Shown: one piece after another, positions 30,171-40,937 of the stretch
Layout: every line of letters begins with the position of its first letter
How positions within the stretch are numbered: the first letter of the stretch is position 1
Source: Planctomycetota bacterium
Lineage (GTDB): Bacteria; Planctomycetota; SZUA-567; H5-PLA8
DNA: 64,000 nt
Reading direction: 5' to 3'
Assembly (NCBI GenBank): GCA_038227875.1
Contig: JBBRPR010000002.1
Coordinates: 224,001 to 288,000 of the forward strand
The notes under the pieces: model-generated
Databases searched by the model: none
Told to the model about the DNA's origin: nothing
Seen by the model: only the letters and a program-made list of their open reading frames with translations
Made by a program: the position numbers and the translations under genes

Positions 30171-33100
30171 ATGAAGAGAAACTGTGTGTTATCCGTTGTG
30201 CTGAGTGTGAGCTTCTGCTGCGGCGCGGTTTTTTGCGCCGAGGGCGAAGACTGGAATCTGCCTGCGCCTCAGCGTGTGGCAGAAGGTGAGACGCTGGCGG
30301 CGCGCGGTGAGATCGCGGGGGCCGAGCGCATTCTGCGACAGCTCGAGAACGAAGCGAAAGCGACAGGCTCGCTGGCGGAACGGACGACAGCGGAAGCGCG
30401 CGTCGACCGGCTGCGGCTGGCGGTCGCGCGCGCTCATGTTAAAGGCGGTTCGTGGCCCAATGCGCTGACGCTGCTGAATGCGATCGAACTGGAAGGCAAG
30501 AGCCCTTCAATTCAGCGCGCGATCTGTGCGGCGACGCTCGATGCGCTTAAACCACTGATGCTGGAGTCCGACGGCCAATGCGTCGCGCCGTGGACGCCGC
30601 TGGCCAACGATAAATTCGGGCCGCAGCAACCCTCAGAAGCGCTGCGCGCACCGTACACCCGCGTAGATCGCAAAGAAGCGGCGGAGCTGATCGCCGCGGA
30701 TTTGACGGCCTGGGAGCGCATTGAAACAGAGACCGGTGGCGTCCTGACCGATTCGGAAAAGGCGACGGCCGCGGCACTGAGTCCTGTGACGCGGACGCTG
30801 GTGCGCTACGCCTGGGGCGTGGTGTCGTACGAGACAGTGGCGAAGGCCATCGACGCGCTGCCCGCGGCCGAGCGCCGGCTGCAGGCGCTACGGTTGACGC
30901 AGTTACTGCTGCGCGAGCATGATCTGGCGCGCGCGGTGCCGCGGCTGCTGGATCTTGAAAAATCGGCGAAGGACGACGTGTCGAAAGCGGCGGCCGAAGA
31001 GCTGATCCGCATTTCCGTCGCGTACGAACGGCTGCGCACGAGTCTGCCGATGTGGAATCCCGGCGTCGACGCGGCGGTCAAACCGTACCTCGCCGATCCG
31101 GCTTGGGCGGCCAAGCGCGACGCGATCGTCAAGGAACTCGACAAGGCCATCGGCGCGGTCGATTTGAAGATTGTGCTCGGTGGAGAATCGGCAGCGGACC
31201 TCGAACGTGGCGATTCTGCGCCGATGGCCTCCAACCGCGAAACGAGCGACGTCGTCGTTCCCGCGGACATTCTTGCCAAGGCGGAACTCGGCGATCACTT
31301 CGAAACGATCAATCCTGACGTGCCGGATACGCACAGCACTCAAAAGGAAAAGCCGGAAGAGAAAAAGGAGACACCCGAGGAAAAAGAAGCGCGCGCGAAG
31401 CTCGACGGAGAACGCCAGAAGCGCGCTGGCGAAAAGCCAAGCCGCTACCACAAGTTGGGCTACCTCGCCGGCGTGCTGCGTAAGAATGTGCTGCTGGATC
31501 TGGATCCTAAAAAGGCCGGTTCGCGCGAGACGCGCGAAGAATACGAACTGCAGGTCGATCATCAGGAATTCATGATCGAAGCGCTCGGGCCGGATTTTCA
31601 AAAGGACACGTCGCAGGGCTTCCGGCCGCTGACGCCGGACTCGCCGCTGCGATTGGTAATTCTCTCGCGCTACCACGGTGACCTGGATGTCGATGCGCGC
31701 CGCCTGCCCAACCGCGAGGCGTTCGAGAAACTCGACGCGGGCATCAGTCCCGAAACAATCGCGCAGCTTCCGGTGGCGAAGAACTACACGGTGCCATTCG
31801 CGACGATGCTCGAAAATCTCGCGCCGTATCCGACGAAGGGCATTCATGAAATCAAGACACATGGTCTGGCGCCGGGATTTTACGTGCTGACCGCGCGTGC
31901 GCGTTATTCCCCCGTCGTCGCGGTCACGCGCCTCGCGGTGAGCGAGACGAAAGTCGTCGTCCGCCATGCGCCGAAGGAAATCCTGATCTGGACGCTCGAT
32001 CGCATCACCGGCACGCCGCACGCCAGCAAGCTCAAAGGAGAGATCAAACCCAATTACATCGGCCAGCAGGCCTGGGGTGGCGCGGAACTGCCTCGCCGTG
32101 ATCGCTTTGATGCGATTGATGCGACGCGATTTTACCAGGGACTCGGTGATGAACTGAACCGTAACGCCACGGACAACGCCGACGAGTCGTATGCGGCAGG
32201 CGTCGCGGAAGGAAAGAAACTGCACGACAAATTCCCGCTCACGCCCGTGGCCCTTCCGACGGAGAGCGACGCCAGCGGTCTGGCGCGCGTGGAAATTCCC
32301 GCGGGCTGGCGCGGACACCGCTGCGCGATTCATGTCGTCGCCGACGGCTGCGACGTCGACGCCATTCATGATCTCAAGGACGTGGTCAACGAAAAGGTAG
32401 AACGTGTCGCGGAATGGGTCGCGGACCGGCCCGTGGCCCGGCCGGGTCAAACCGTGAAGATCCACGGCTTCGTGCGCGAAAATCACAACGGACGGATGAT
32501 CGTTGCCAGGGGCGGCGAGATTCCGCTGAAATTGACGGCGGTTGGCGCAACGCTCTTTGAGGCGAAGGTGGCGGTGGACGAAAATGGCGCGTGCGATGTG
32601 GAGCAGATCATCGACGCCGACACGCCGGACGGACTACTCTCGGTACAATCGGTCGGCGTAACACCGCTGTGCGCGATCATCGGCGGCGAAGTGGCGACGC
32701 GGCGTGTGCGGCTGGAACTGCCCGCGCATCCCATGCAGGCCGGCAGCCGCGTCAAAGCCCGTGCGATTGTTGAAAGCGCGGCCGGCATTCCGCTGGTTGG
32801 CATCGCGTTGAAGGTGCAGGCGCGATTCCACCACTTTGAGCGGGTGGCTGCTGCGCCGCTGCCGTTCGGTGAAGAATTCGCCGTCGCTACCGCTTCGCTA
32901 AAAGGAGACGTTCAATCCGCGTGGAATCAGGATCGCGAAGTCGTGAGCGGCCTGAATGGCGATGTGGAGTTTCAGATTGAAATTCCCGACGACGGCAACA
33001 TGGTCGGGCAGGTGCTTGTCGTTGCGCCGGGCGGCCGCCGCGCGCAGGCCAGTGCCGAAGGGCGCGTACTGGGACTTGCCAGCGGGTGCGTGTTTCACAT

Positions 33101-36100
33101 CGATCCGATTGCCGAGCAGCCTGCCGGAAAACCCGCGCGCCTGACATTGATGGCGCGAACCTTGGAAGGCACCCCCTACACGAAGCCTTTCCAGATCGCT
33201 GACGCCAACGGCCGCGTGATCACCACCTTGACTCCGGATCAGAATGGGCGGGGTGTCGCGGACGTGCAGTTGCCTCCTCAGCTCTACATGCAAGTGCGGC
33301 CCTCGGCCGGCGACGATGGCGGCTGGCAGCGTGTGAGTTTGAATAATCAGGAGCCATCGGCGGAAGTCCGTGGAGAACGCGGCGTACTCGCGGCGCGGCT
33401 GGATCGCAAGGAATACCGCATTGGCGAAACGGCGCACGTTTACCTGCGTGCCGACCGCCCGGCACTGAAGGTGCTGATGACGACAGAGAGCTCCGGAGTG
33501 ACACGCGCGCAGATCGTGACGATCACAGAGCGCGCTGCGACGGTGGATATTCCCATCGGTGACCAGGACGCGCCGAACGCAACGATCGCGCTCACCGCGC
33601 TGGCCGACGACAAGGTCGAATGCGTGCTGCTGCCGCTTGATGTCGCGAAGTCGGAACGCGAACTGACGGTGCAGCTCACCTCCAACGCGACGAAGGCCGA
33701 ACCGGGGCAGACCGTGCAGATGACCGCGACGGTGAAAGATGCACGCGGACAGGCCGTCGCCAATTCCAGCGTGGTCGCCGCTGCGTTTGACGTGCAGTTG
33801 CTCTCGCTGGCCGACGATCCGGCTCCAGAGTTTGGCCTGCCGTTCCTGGCGGCCGGTCGAGTCACGCATGATGTTGGCTGGACGACAGGTTTCAACACGT
33901 TCAGCTACGGCAGTGCGTTTGTGTGGCTTACGCCGGAATGGTCTTTCGGTCCGTACGGGAATGACGCCAGCGGTTTGGGATTTGGCTATGGCACGGGCCT
34001 TGGCCATGGCTCCTTCGGTGCACGCGGCTCTGGCGGCCGCAGATTAATGGTAATGCGTCATGGCGGTTCGCGCGCCACCGTTGGAACCGAACCGTTCCGC
34101 GTGCGCGCGCGATTTTCGGAGCAGGCGCTGTGGAGCACCAAGCTCACCACCGGCGCAGACGGCACGGTCACGTTTCCGTTCGTTGTACCTGACAATCTGA
34201 CCACATTTCGCACAGTGGCATACGCGCTCGATACGCGCGGCTATCCGGGCAAGGCGATGCTCGATCTGCCCGTACAGCGCGACGTCGAACTGACGCTCGA
34301 TCTTCCGCCTGAATTGCGCGAAGGCGACCGCACTGAAGTTGCTTTGAACGTTTGGAACTACAGCGACACGCCGCAGTCGGTGTCGCTCAAGCCGAACTTT
34401 CCGCTGCCGGTGCTGTCGTCGAAGTGGATATCGGCCGAGGGCGCAAAGCCGGTGCCCGAGAGTCTCGAGATCGCACCGCGCTCCAGCGCATCCATCGCTT
34501 ACATGCTCGATGTCAAAGCCTCGGCGCTGCCCGTCTCGTTCGATACCGCGTCGAACAACCTGCGTTTTGACGTGAGCGCGACCAATAAAGCCGGCGCGAA
34601 ACTCGATCAAGCCGTCTTCAACGTGCCGCTGCGGTTGATGGGACATCCCGAGCACCAGACGACGCAGGCCGTCGTGCGCGAGAAGGGGACGGTGCACGTT
34701 CCGTTCTCGGGGTCATTCGATCCGCTGCGAACGAGTCTGACGCTGACGATCCGCCGCGGGCTGCGCGGGTTGGCGCTGGATATTCGCGAACTTCAATATG
34801 TCTTCCCAGAACATTGCCCCGAGCAGACGCTCTCACGCTTCGTGCCGGCGATGGTGCTGGCGTCGACGCTGCCGGAGGATCAGCAGACGGCGGAAGATCA
34901 CCAGAAGCTGGAGCGCGTGTTGAAGAGCGGCATCGCGCGCATGCGCACGCTGCATGGCGCGGGGTTCGCACCGGAATTGCAGCCGCTGAGCGCGTGGTAT
35001 CTGCGGCGGCTGGCGCAAGTGCCGGCAGGACTGGAAGCGCTGCGCTCCAATGCGGACTGGATTAAGGCGGCCGAATATTGCGAAAATATGATCGTCATAT
35101 CGAAGGGCAATGCGACGCCCGATCCGTTTCCCGTGCTCTCCGAAACTGCCGCACAAGGTCCGCAAGGGTATGGCGGATTCCGCTCCGATCTGTGGACGAC
35201 GTTCGGTGCGTCGCAATCGGTGTATCGCGGCGGAGCCATCAACCGGCGCGAAGTCCGCGCGCGATTCACGCAGGTGTGTCAGAGTTGCATCGAGTTTGCG
35301 CGCAAACACAAGCTCGCGCCGCACGACCGCGCGCTGGCCGGGCTGCTCTGTGCGCAGTTGGGATTTGTCGACCAGGCGAACGAATTGCTCCGATTGCGCC
35401 TGCACGACGCCGAATTCACGGCACCCGTAGTACCTGAAAAGGGTGGGGCGGAGAACGTTGTGCCGAAGTCGGTCTGGTTCGATCAGCAGGAGCGTACACT
35501 GGCAGTGGCGCTGGACGTGATGACTGCGGTGGAATTGAAGCAGCCCGAAGCGGAAATTCTGGAGCTTGCGCTGCGATTGCAGGACCGGCAGGCCTCGCGC
35601 GGCGCGGGATTCGGGACGACGTTCCTCAATGGCGTCGGCCTGCTGGCGCTGGCGGACGCGATGAAAGTCACGGGTGTCGCCTCAAAGGAGGCTGGGTCGA
35701 TTGTGGTCTCGCTGGGCAAGTTCACAACGGAACTCCCCGCCGGAGCCGACGTGCGGCGCGTTACGATTGATAGCGCTGCGGTGGAAACGGCGTTTAAGGA
35801 CGGCTGGGACGTAAGCGTGGCGGCGCCTGCCGGCCAGCTGGCGGGAATTGCCATCGACCGCACGACACTGCAACCGGAGAAGGTCGGCGAGAAATCGGCC
35901 GACGGCATCGCGGAATCGATCCGCGCGCTTCGCCTGACGGGAACACCCGATGCGAATACCGGTGTCACACTCGATCGCTGCCTCTTTGTGCGACCGCCCG
36001 CCGACGCGGCGACGTTGTTGCAGCAGAATTGGAGGCCGTATGCCGGACAACCGTTGCCACTCGGCACGGAACTGCTCGTGGTTACCAAAATTACGCGCGA

Positions 36101-37637
36101 GACCGGTACCGAGTTTGTACAGGTGGAATTGCCGACGCTGCCAGGTTGGGAAGCGCTGACATGGAACGAAGAAGTTGAAGGCGTGTCCGTTGAGTTCGCG
36201 CGTGCGATGCCGGGCATGCTCTCCGACGTTACTGCCGCGGGGTTGTTCGCTCATGAAACAGTGGACGGCAACGAGGTCGCCGGAAAGATTCTCGAGAGTG
36301 TGCGCGAAAGGCATTGGGGCGAGGAGCGCGGATCGATCGATTTCGATAAGAAATTCATCACCCGCGTCCATATGAATGATCGCGGTTCACGGCTCGTGTT
36401 TATTGTGGGCATGCCTAGGGATAAAGAGACGACTCAAATCGTGGTGCAGTCGGGAGCGCTCCGCGCGCCGGGCCGTTGCCAGCTGCCCGGTGCTCGCGCG
36501 TGGTGCTGGTACAACCCGCTGGTGGATGTGACCAGTGCCGCCGACCTGGTGCAGGTAGCCGAAGATCAGAGCGGATCGTTGGAAGCTCCTGGTGTGGCGC
36601 TGGCGACGCAGGCTTGGCTCGAGAAAGCATGGACGGTGCTCGCGCGGGACGGTTGGAAGACGAAACCGTCTGTGGAATTCAAAGGTGCGATCGACTTGCA
36701 TGCGCTGGCGCTGACCGCGCTGGGCCGCAGCGACGCCGCCGACGCGAAGTCTCTCGTGGATGAATGGCTGGCGCAGCGTCCGAAGATTGCAGCGTTTACC
36801 AATTTCCAACAGTGGCGCCAGGAACGGTACGAGTTGGTGCTCGTAGCCCGATCGGAAGCGATGAATTCCGCGATCCGCGCGGCATTGCTCTCCCGCTATG
36901 CGTCGTGGGATGGTGTGCGCGCCGATTGGAAGGATCTGGGCCTGGGGGCGCTGCAGCCGCCGGATCTGGATGAGGTGAGCGGCTGGCTCGCGACGGAAAA
37001 GTCCCGCACGAAAGAGCTGCTGCCATTCGTTCCCGCGGAAGCCCGCGCCACGGCGCTGGCGATGCAGGCGCTGACGGTGCGCGACGCGCTGGCACTGTGG
37101 TTCGGGGCCGACACGCAGGCCGCGAATGCCTGGCTGTGGCGGCAACCGGCGGAGACATTCGTGCCGAAAGATACGGCCTCGCTGGATGAATGGGCCGTGA
37201 ATCTGCGCAAGGTCTACGGGCTCGAGATTGCCATTGATCCGCGTGCGCCATTGGTGTTGTCGCTCCCCGCGCCGGAAGAGAGGGAGACGCTGGCGCATTA
37301 CGTTCAGAATCATCTGGCCGCTGCCGAATTGGTGGCCAGCGGATTCGACGCGGGCAAGAGCGTCATGCTCTCGCATATCGGCGCGGCTCCAGACAACAAG
37401 CCGACGACGCTGGATGCGAAGTTCGCACTGTCGCTGCGTGTGTTTACCTTCGGCAGCGACGCGCGACACGTGGCGAATCTGCGCGAGGCCCTGGCGCTTC
37501 GCGGCATTCAATTGGTGGCGCCGGATTCGCCGGTGGCGTTTGGTCCCGATCTGACGCTGCGCGAGGCGCTTCAGGTTCTGGCCAAGTCGCTCAACAAGAG
37601 CGTGCGGGTCGAGAGCGATATCATTGAGCTGAAGTAG
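30171..37637 (+). CDS. Bacterial alpha-2-macroglobulin family protein
   Basis: Signal peptide; DRPVARPGQTV (MG2); VRARF.E.ALW; VPDNLTTFR; LP..LREGD; thioester motif CPEQTLSRF. Confidence 0.88.
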   Translation: MKRNCVLSVVLSVSFCCGAVFCAEGEDWNLPAPQRVAEGETLAARGEIAGAERILRQLENEAKATGSLAERTTAEARVDRLRLAVARAHVKGGSWPNALTLLNAIELEGKSPSIQRAICAATLDALKPLMLESDGQCVAPWTPLANDKFGPQQPSEALRAPYTRVDRKEAAELIAADLTAWERIETETGGVLTDSEKATAAALSPVTRTLVRYAWGVVSYETVAKAIDALPAAERRLQALRLTQLLLREHDLARAVPRLLDLEKSAKDDVSKAAAEELIRISVAYERLRTSLPMWNPGVDAAVKPYLADPAWAAKRDAIVKELDKAIGAVDLKIVLGGESAADLERGDSAPMASNRETSDVVVPADILAKAELGDHFETINPDVPDTHSTQKEKPEEKKETPEEKEARAKLDGERQKRAGEKPSRYHKLGYLAGVLRKNVLLDLDPKKAGSRETREEYELQVDHQEFMIEALGPDFQKDTSQGFRPLTPDSPLRLVILSRYHGDLDVDARRLPNREAFEKLDAGISPETIAQLPVAKNYTVPFATMLENLAPYPTKGIHEIKTHGLAPGFYVLTARARYSPVVAVTRLAVSETKVVVRHAPKEILIWTLDRITGTPHASKLKGEIKPNYIGQQAWGGAELPRRDRFDAIDATRFYQGLGDELNRNATDNADESYAAGVAEGKKLHDKFPLTPVALPTESDASGLARVEIPAGWRGHRCAIHVVADGCDVDAIHDLKDVVNEKVERVAEWVADRPVARPGQTVKIHGFVRENHNGRMIVARGGEIPLKLTAVGATLFEAKVAVDENGACDVEQIIDADTPDGLLSVQSVGVTPLCAIIGGEVATRRVRLELPAHPMQAGSRVKARAIVESAAGIPLVGIALKVQARFHHFERVAAAPLPFGEEFAVATASLKGDVQSAWNQDREVVSGLNGDVEFQIEIPDDGNMVGQVLVVAPGGRRAQASAEGRVLGLASGCVFHIDPIAEQPAGKPARLTLMARTLEGTPYTKPFQIADANGRVITTLTPDQNGRGVADVQLPPQLYMQVRPSAGDDGGWQRVSLNNQEPSAEVRGERGVLAARLDRKEYRIGETAHVYLRADRPALKVLMTTESSGVTRAQIVTITERAATVDIPIGDQDAPNATIALTALADDKVECVLLPLDVAKSERELTVQLTSNATKAEPGQTVQMTATVKDARGQAVANSSVVAAAFDVQLLSLADDPAPEFGLPFLAAGRVTHDVGWTTGFNTFSYGSAFVWLTPEWSFGPYGNDASGLGFGYGTGLGHGSFGARGSGGRRLMVMRHGGSRATVGTEPFRVRARFSEQALWSTKLTTGADGTVTFPFVVPDNLTTFRTVAYALDTRGYPGKAMLDLPVQRDVELTLDLPPELREGDRTEVALNVWNYSDTPQSVSLKPNFPLPVLSSKWISAEGAKPVPESLEIAPRSSASIAYMLDVKASALPVSFDTASNNLRFDVSATNKAGAKLDQAVFNVPLRLMGHPEHQTTQAVVREKGTVHVPFSGSFDPLRTSLTLTIRRGLRGLALDIRELQYVFPEHCPEQTLSRFVPAMVLASTLPEDQQTAEDHQKLERVLKSGIARMRTLHGAGFAPELQPLSAWYLRRLAQVPAGLEALRSNADWIKAAEYCENMIVISKGNATPDPFPVLSETAAQGPQGYGGFRSDLWTTFGASQSVYRGGAINRREVRARFTQVCQSCIEFARKHKLAPHDRALAGLLCAQLGFVDQANELLRLRLHDAEFTAPVVPEKGGAENVVPKSVWFDQQERTLAVALDVMTAVELKQPEAEILELALRLQDRQASRGAGFGTTFLNGVGLLALADAMKVTGVASKEAGSIVVSLGKFTTELPAGADVRRVTIDSAAVETAFKDGWDVSVAAPAGQLAGIAIDRTTLQPEKVGEKSADGIAESIRALRLTGTPDANTGVTLDRCLFVRPPADAATLLQQNWRPYAGQPLPLGTELLVVTKITRETGTEFVQVELPTLPGWEALTWNEEVEGVSVEFARAMPGMLSDVTAAGLFAHETVDGNEVAGKILESVRERHWGEERGSIDFDKKFITRVHMNDRGSRLVFIVGMPRDKETTQIVVQSGALRAPGRCQLPGARAWCWYNPLVDVTSAADLVQVAEDQSGSLEAPGVALATQAWLEKAWTVLARDGWKTKPSVEFKGAIDLHALALTALGRSDAADAKSLVDEWLAQRPKIAAFTNFQQWRQERYELVLVARSEAMNSAIRAALLSRYASWDGVRADWKDLGLGALQPPDLDEVSGWLATEKSRTKELLPFVPAEARATALAMQALTVRDALALWFGADTQAANAWLWRQPAETFVPKDTASLDEWAVNLRKVYGLEIAIDPRAPLVLSLPAPEERETLAHYVQNHLAAAELVASGFDAGKSVMLSHIGAAPDNKPTTLDAKFALSLRVFTFGSDARHVANLREALALRGIQLVAPDSPVAFGPDLTLREALQVLAKSLNKSVRVESDIIELK

Positions 37638-37652
37638 TCACTGTCTGTTTTT

Positions 37653-37680
37653 AACCAGGTATTAAATTTAATACCAGGTT
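37653..37680. repeat. AAATTT-centred palindrome, copy 3
   Basis: AACCAGGTATT-AAATTT-AATACCAGGTT, one mismatch. Confidence 0.85.
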
Positions 37681-37825
37681 CCCACGACTAAAGCTTGTCC
37701 ACCAGAACGTTGACAAGCGCGTGTGCCGAGGGGTGTTTTCTTGTTGACGGTAAGCTCCGCAGGATGACGATTACCGGTTCGGGGCGCACCGCCCCATGAC
37801 TAAAAATCACCCCCAGGAGCGCAAC

Positions 37826-38701
37826 ATGTCACAGTTGGACATTCGTATCGGCACGCTGGCCGGAATGGATAAAGGCGCGGCGTACCTGAAACAAATCATC
37901 CCACACGGCTTCGAGAGCTTCTCCATGACGTTCTGGGAGAAGATCGGCGACATCAACGTCGAAAAGACCGCCAAGGAAGCGCGCGAAGTCTGCGGCGACA
38001 AGGCGATCATCAGTTCGATCGGGATGTTCGGCAACCCGCTGCAGAACGAAAACACGGCTAAGGATTTCGCGCGCTGTATCGACAACGCTCATCTCTTCGG
38101 CACCAATCTGGTCTGCGGATTTGCCGGCGCGATCGAAGGCAAGCCGCTGCCGGAATCGATGCCGCAGTTCAAGAAGGTGTGGGGCGAGCTGGCCAAGCGC
38201 GCGGAGAGCAAGGGCGTGCGCATCGCGTTTGAAAATTGCGACATGGGCGGCTGGTGGCACGACGTCAAATGGAACGTCGCTCATTCCCCGACCGCGTGGG
38301 AAATGATGTTCAACGAAGTGCCGAGCGACGCGCTGGGCCTCGAGTGGGAGCCCTGCCACCAGATGGTCTCGCTGATCGATCCGCTGCCGCAGCTGCGCAA
38401 GTGGGTCAACAAGGTCTTCCACGTTCACGGTAAGGACGCGACAGTGGCGTGGGAAGTGATCAAGACGTCGGGCATTCGCGGCGGCAAGCCGTATGTCTGG
38501 CACCGCACGCCGGGCTTCGGCGACACGAACTGGACGGATGTGATCAGCATCCTGCGCATGGGCAAGTTCACGGGCAGCATCGACATTGAAGGCTGGCACG
38601 ACCCGATCTACCGCGGCGATCTGGAAATGACCGGGCAGGTCCACGGTTTGAACTATCTGAAGAACTGCCGCGGCGGTCCGTATATTCAGAATCCGAAGTA
38701 A
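37826..38701 (+). CDS. Sugar phosphate isomerase/epimerase (xylose-isomerase-like TIM barrel)
   Basis: IAFENC, LEWEPCH, HVHGKD, PGFGDTNW, IDIEG; AGGAG SD. Confidence 0.88.
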   Translation: MSQLDIRIGTLAGMDKGAAYLKQIIPHGFESFSMTFWEKIGDINVEKTAKEAREVCGDKAIISSIGMFGNPLQNENTAKDFARCIDNAHLFGTNLVCGFAGAIEGKPLPESMPQFKKVWGELAKRAESKGVRIAFENCDMGGWWHDVKWNVAHSPTAWEMMFNEVPSDALGLEWEPCHQMVSLIDPLPQLRKWVNKVFHVHGKDATVAWEVIKTSGIRGGKPYVWHRTPGFGDTNWTDVISILRMGKFTGSIDIEGWHDPIYRGDLEMTGQVHGLNYLKNCRGGPYIQNPK

Positions 38702-38716
38702 GAGAAAGTGAATCGG

Positions 38717-38750
38717 CCGGCCCTCTCTGAATCAGAGAGGGCCGGTTTTT
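38717..38750 (+). terminator. Intrinsic terminator
   Basis: CCGGCCCTCTCTG-AAT-CAGAGAGGGCCGG-TTTTT between convergent genes. Confidence 0.85.
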
Positions 38751-38757
38751 ATACGCC

Positions 38758-39930
38758 TTAAACCGCCGCCACCTGAACCTGCCCCAACCGCTTCTCCCAA
38801 CCCGTCTGATGAATATTCAAATACGCCGACTGCTCGTAGGGATGCGCAAGCGCGACGTCCACATTCAGATCCACGCCAAGTCCCGGCGCGTCCGGCAGCG
38901 AGAGGTGGCCGTTTTCCGGATTGATACGCGGCGACCACGTGACCAGGTCGCGCGCCCACGCGTCGTTGAAAGAATCGAAGTGCTCCTGGATGAGAAAATT
39001 GGGCACGCACGCCGCCAGTTGCAGACAGACAGCCGTCGCCACGGGCCCGCCGCTCTGGTGCGGCGCGATGAAACTGCCGTGGGCCAACGCCAGATGCGCG
39101 ACTGCCAGCGTGTTTCCGATTCCGCCGAGCGACATCGGTTCGGGCTGGAAGATGTTCACCCCGCCGGCGGCGGCGAGCGTGTAGAACTGGCCGACGGTGT
39201 CGTACATTTCGCCCGTGGCCACGCGGATCGGCGAACGTTTCGCGACTTCGTTGGCCGGTTCTTCGCGCTCGCGGGTCGTCGGCTCTTCCCACCAGTAGAT
39301 GCTCAGCGGCGCGAAGCGTTCGGCGACGCGGACAGCTTCGGCGGCGGTGAATCGGGCGTGAACGTCAATGAGAATGCGGAAATCGCGGCCCAGTTTTTCA
39401 CGCAGGGCTTTGACGATGTCGTAGGACAATTGGAGGTCGTCGTCTTCAATGAAATTCTGCGCAGTGCCGAAGGGGTCGAGCTTCAGCGCGTGGAAGCCCT
39501 TTTTCACGACCGCGTCGGCGGCCTTGCAGAAATCGGCGGGCGTGCGTTCGGTGCGGTACCAGCCATTGGCGTAGCCAAGGACCGACTTGCGGATCTTGCC
39601 GCCGAGCAGCTGATAAATCGGCACACCCAGCGACTTGCCGAGAATGTCCCAGCAGGCGACTTCGATCGCGGCCATGGCGGTGCGGTGGATGTGGCCGCCG
39701 TCGAGCGAGACGCTTTCCATCAGGCGCTTGGCCAGCGCTTGGACTTGGCGCGGATCCTGGCCGATGGCGAGGTGTTCGAGTTCGCGCACCGCGGCTTCAG
39801 TGGTCTTGATGAAACCGTTGAGCGTGCCTTCGCCGATGCCGTGAATGTCCTGGTCGGTGTGAACTTTGACCAGGAGCCAGTTCTTCCAGCCAGCTCCGAC
39901 GGCGAACGTTTCGATCTGCGTGATTTTCAT
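38758..39930 (-). CDS. Mandelate racemase family acid-sugar dehydratase (galactonate dehydratase-like)
   Basis: ACWDILGK.LGVPIYQLLGG, YANGW, KLDPF, IDVH.R, EEP, ATGE. Confidence 0.88.
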   Translation of the reverse strand: MKITQIETFAVGAGWKNWLLVKVHTDQDIHGIGEGTLNGFIKTTEAAVRELEHLAIGQDPRQVQALAKRLMESVSLDGGHIHRTAMAAIEVACWDILGKSLGVPIYQLLGGKIRKSVLGYANGWYRTERTPADFCKAADAVVKKGFHALKLDPFGTAQNFIEDDDLQLSYDIVKALREKLGRDFRILIDVHARFTAAEAVRVAERFAPLSIYWWEEPTTREREEPANEVAKRSPIRVATGEMYDTVGQFYTLAAAGGVNIFQPEPMSLGGIGNTLAVAHLALAHGSFIAPHQSGGPVATAVCLQLAACVPNFLIQEHFDSFNDAWARDLVTWSPRINPENGHLSLPDAPGLGVDLNVDVALAHPYEQSAYLNIHQTGWEKRLGQVQVAAV

Positions 39931-39941
39931 GCGATGTCCTT

Positions 39942-40937
39942 TCAAGAAAGCGCGGAGACAGCCGCGGCAGCGATGCTCTCGGCGTCCATTTTGTAATGTT
40001 TGATCAAGTATGGAATCGATCCGCTCTCGCAGAAGCAATCGGGAATGCCGATGCGACGGAGCTTCACCGCGATGCCGGCATCGACGAGCGTGTCGGCGAC
40101 GGCGCTGGCGAGACCGCCGGTGATGACGTGATTTTCCGCGGTGACCAGCGCCTTCGTGCGTTTCGCCAGCGCGAGGACCGCGTCGCGGTCGAAGGGTTTG
40201 ATCGTGCCGAGGTGGAGCACCGACGCGCGAATGCCTTGCGCATGGAGTTGCTTCTCAGCGTCGAGCGCTCGGCCGGTCATCAAGCCCGTGGAGATGATGC
40301 CCACGTCGGCGCCTTCCGTCAGTAGCTGACCTTTGCCCAGCGTGAATTGATATTTTACTGGATCGAGCACGATTGGAACCTGTCCCCGCAGCAAGCGCAT
40401 GTACACCGGGCCCGGGTGCGCCGCGATGGCGGGAATGACTTGCGACAATTCCGTCGCGTCGCACGGATCGATCACCGTGAGGTTCGGGATCGAGCGCATC
40501 AGCGCGAGGTCTTCGATGCCTTGATGCGTGCCGCCGTATCCCGTCGTGAGTCCCGGCAGACCCGCGATGATCTTGACGTTCGCTTTTCCCAGCGCCGCGC
40601 CGATGGCGATAAAATCATACGCGCGGCGCGTGGCGAAAACGCAGTACGTCGTCGCGAAGGGAATCAGACCCGTGCGCGCGAGGCCCGCGGAGATGCCGAT
40701 CAGATTTTGTTCAGCCATGCCGACTTGATAGAAGCGTTCGGGAAAGCGCTCCGAGAAAATATGCATGTCCGTGTACTTGCTGAGATCGGCGCTCAAGCCC
40801 ACGATGCGGCTATCGGCTTCGGCGGCTTTGACCAACGCATGTCCGAAAGGCGCAGTGGCCGTGGCACTCGCGCCGGTCGTGTCGGAGGTCAGAATGTTGC
40901 CGGTGACTCCGCGGTTGGTGGAAAGAGTGGCGGTCAT
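39942..40937 (-). CDS. Transketolase C-terminal (pyrimidine-binding) subunit
   Basis: GMAEQNLIG.SAGLA, GGTHQGIED, GPVYMRL, TAENH...GGL. Confidence 0.9.
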   Translation of the reverse strand: MTATLSTNRGVTGNILTSDTTGASATATAPFGHALVKAAEADSRIVGLSADLSKYTDMHIFSERFPERFYQVGMAEQNLIGISAGLARTGLIPFATTYCVFATRRAYDFIAIGAALGKANVKIIAGLPGLTTGYGGTHQGIEDLALMRSIPNLTVIDPCDATELSQVIPAIAAHPGPVYMRLLRGQVPIVLDPVKYQFTLGKGQLLTEGADVGIISTGLMTGRALDAEKQLHAQGIRASVLHLGTIKPFDRDAVLALAKRTKALVTAENHVITGGLASAVADTLVDAGIAVKLRRIGIPDCFCESGSIPYLIKHYKMDAESIAAAAVSALS

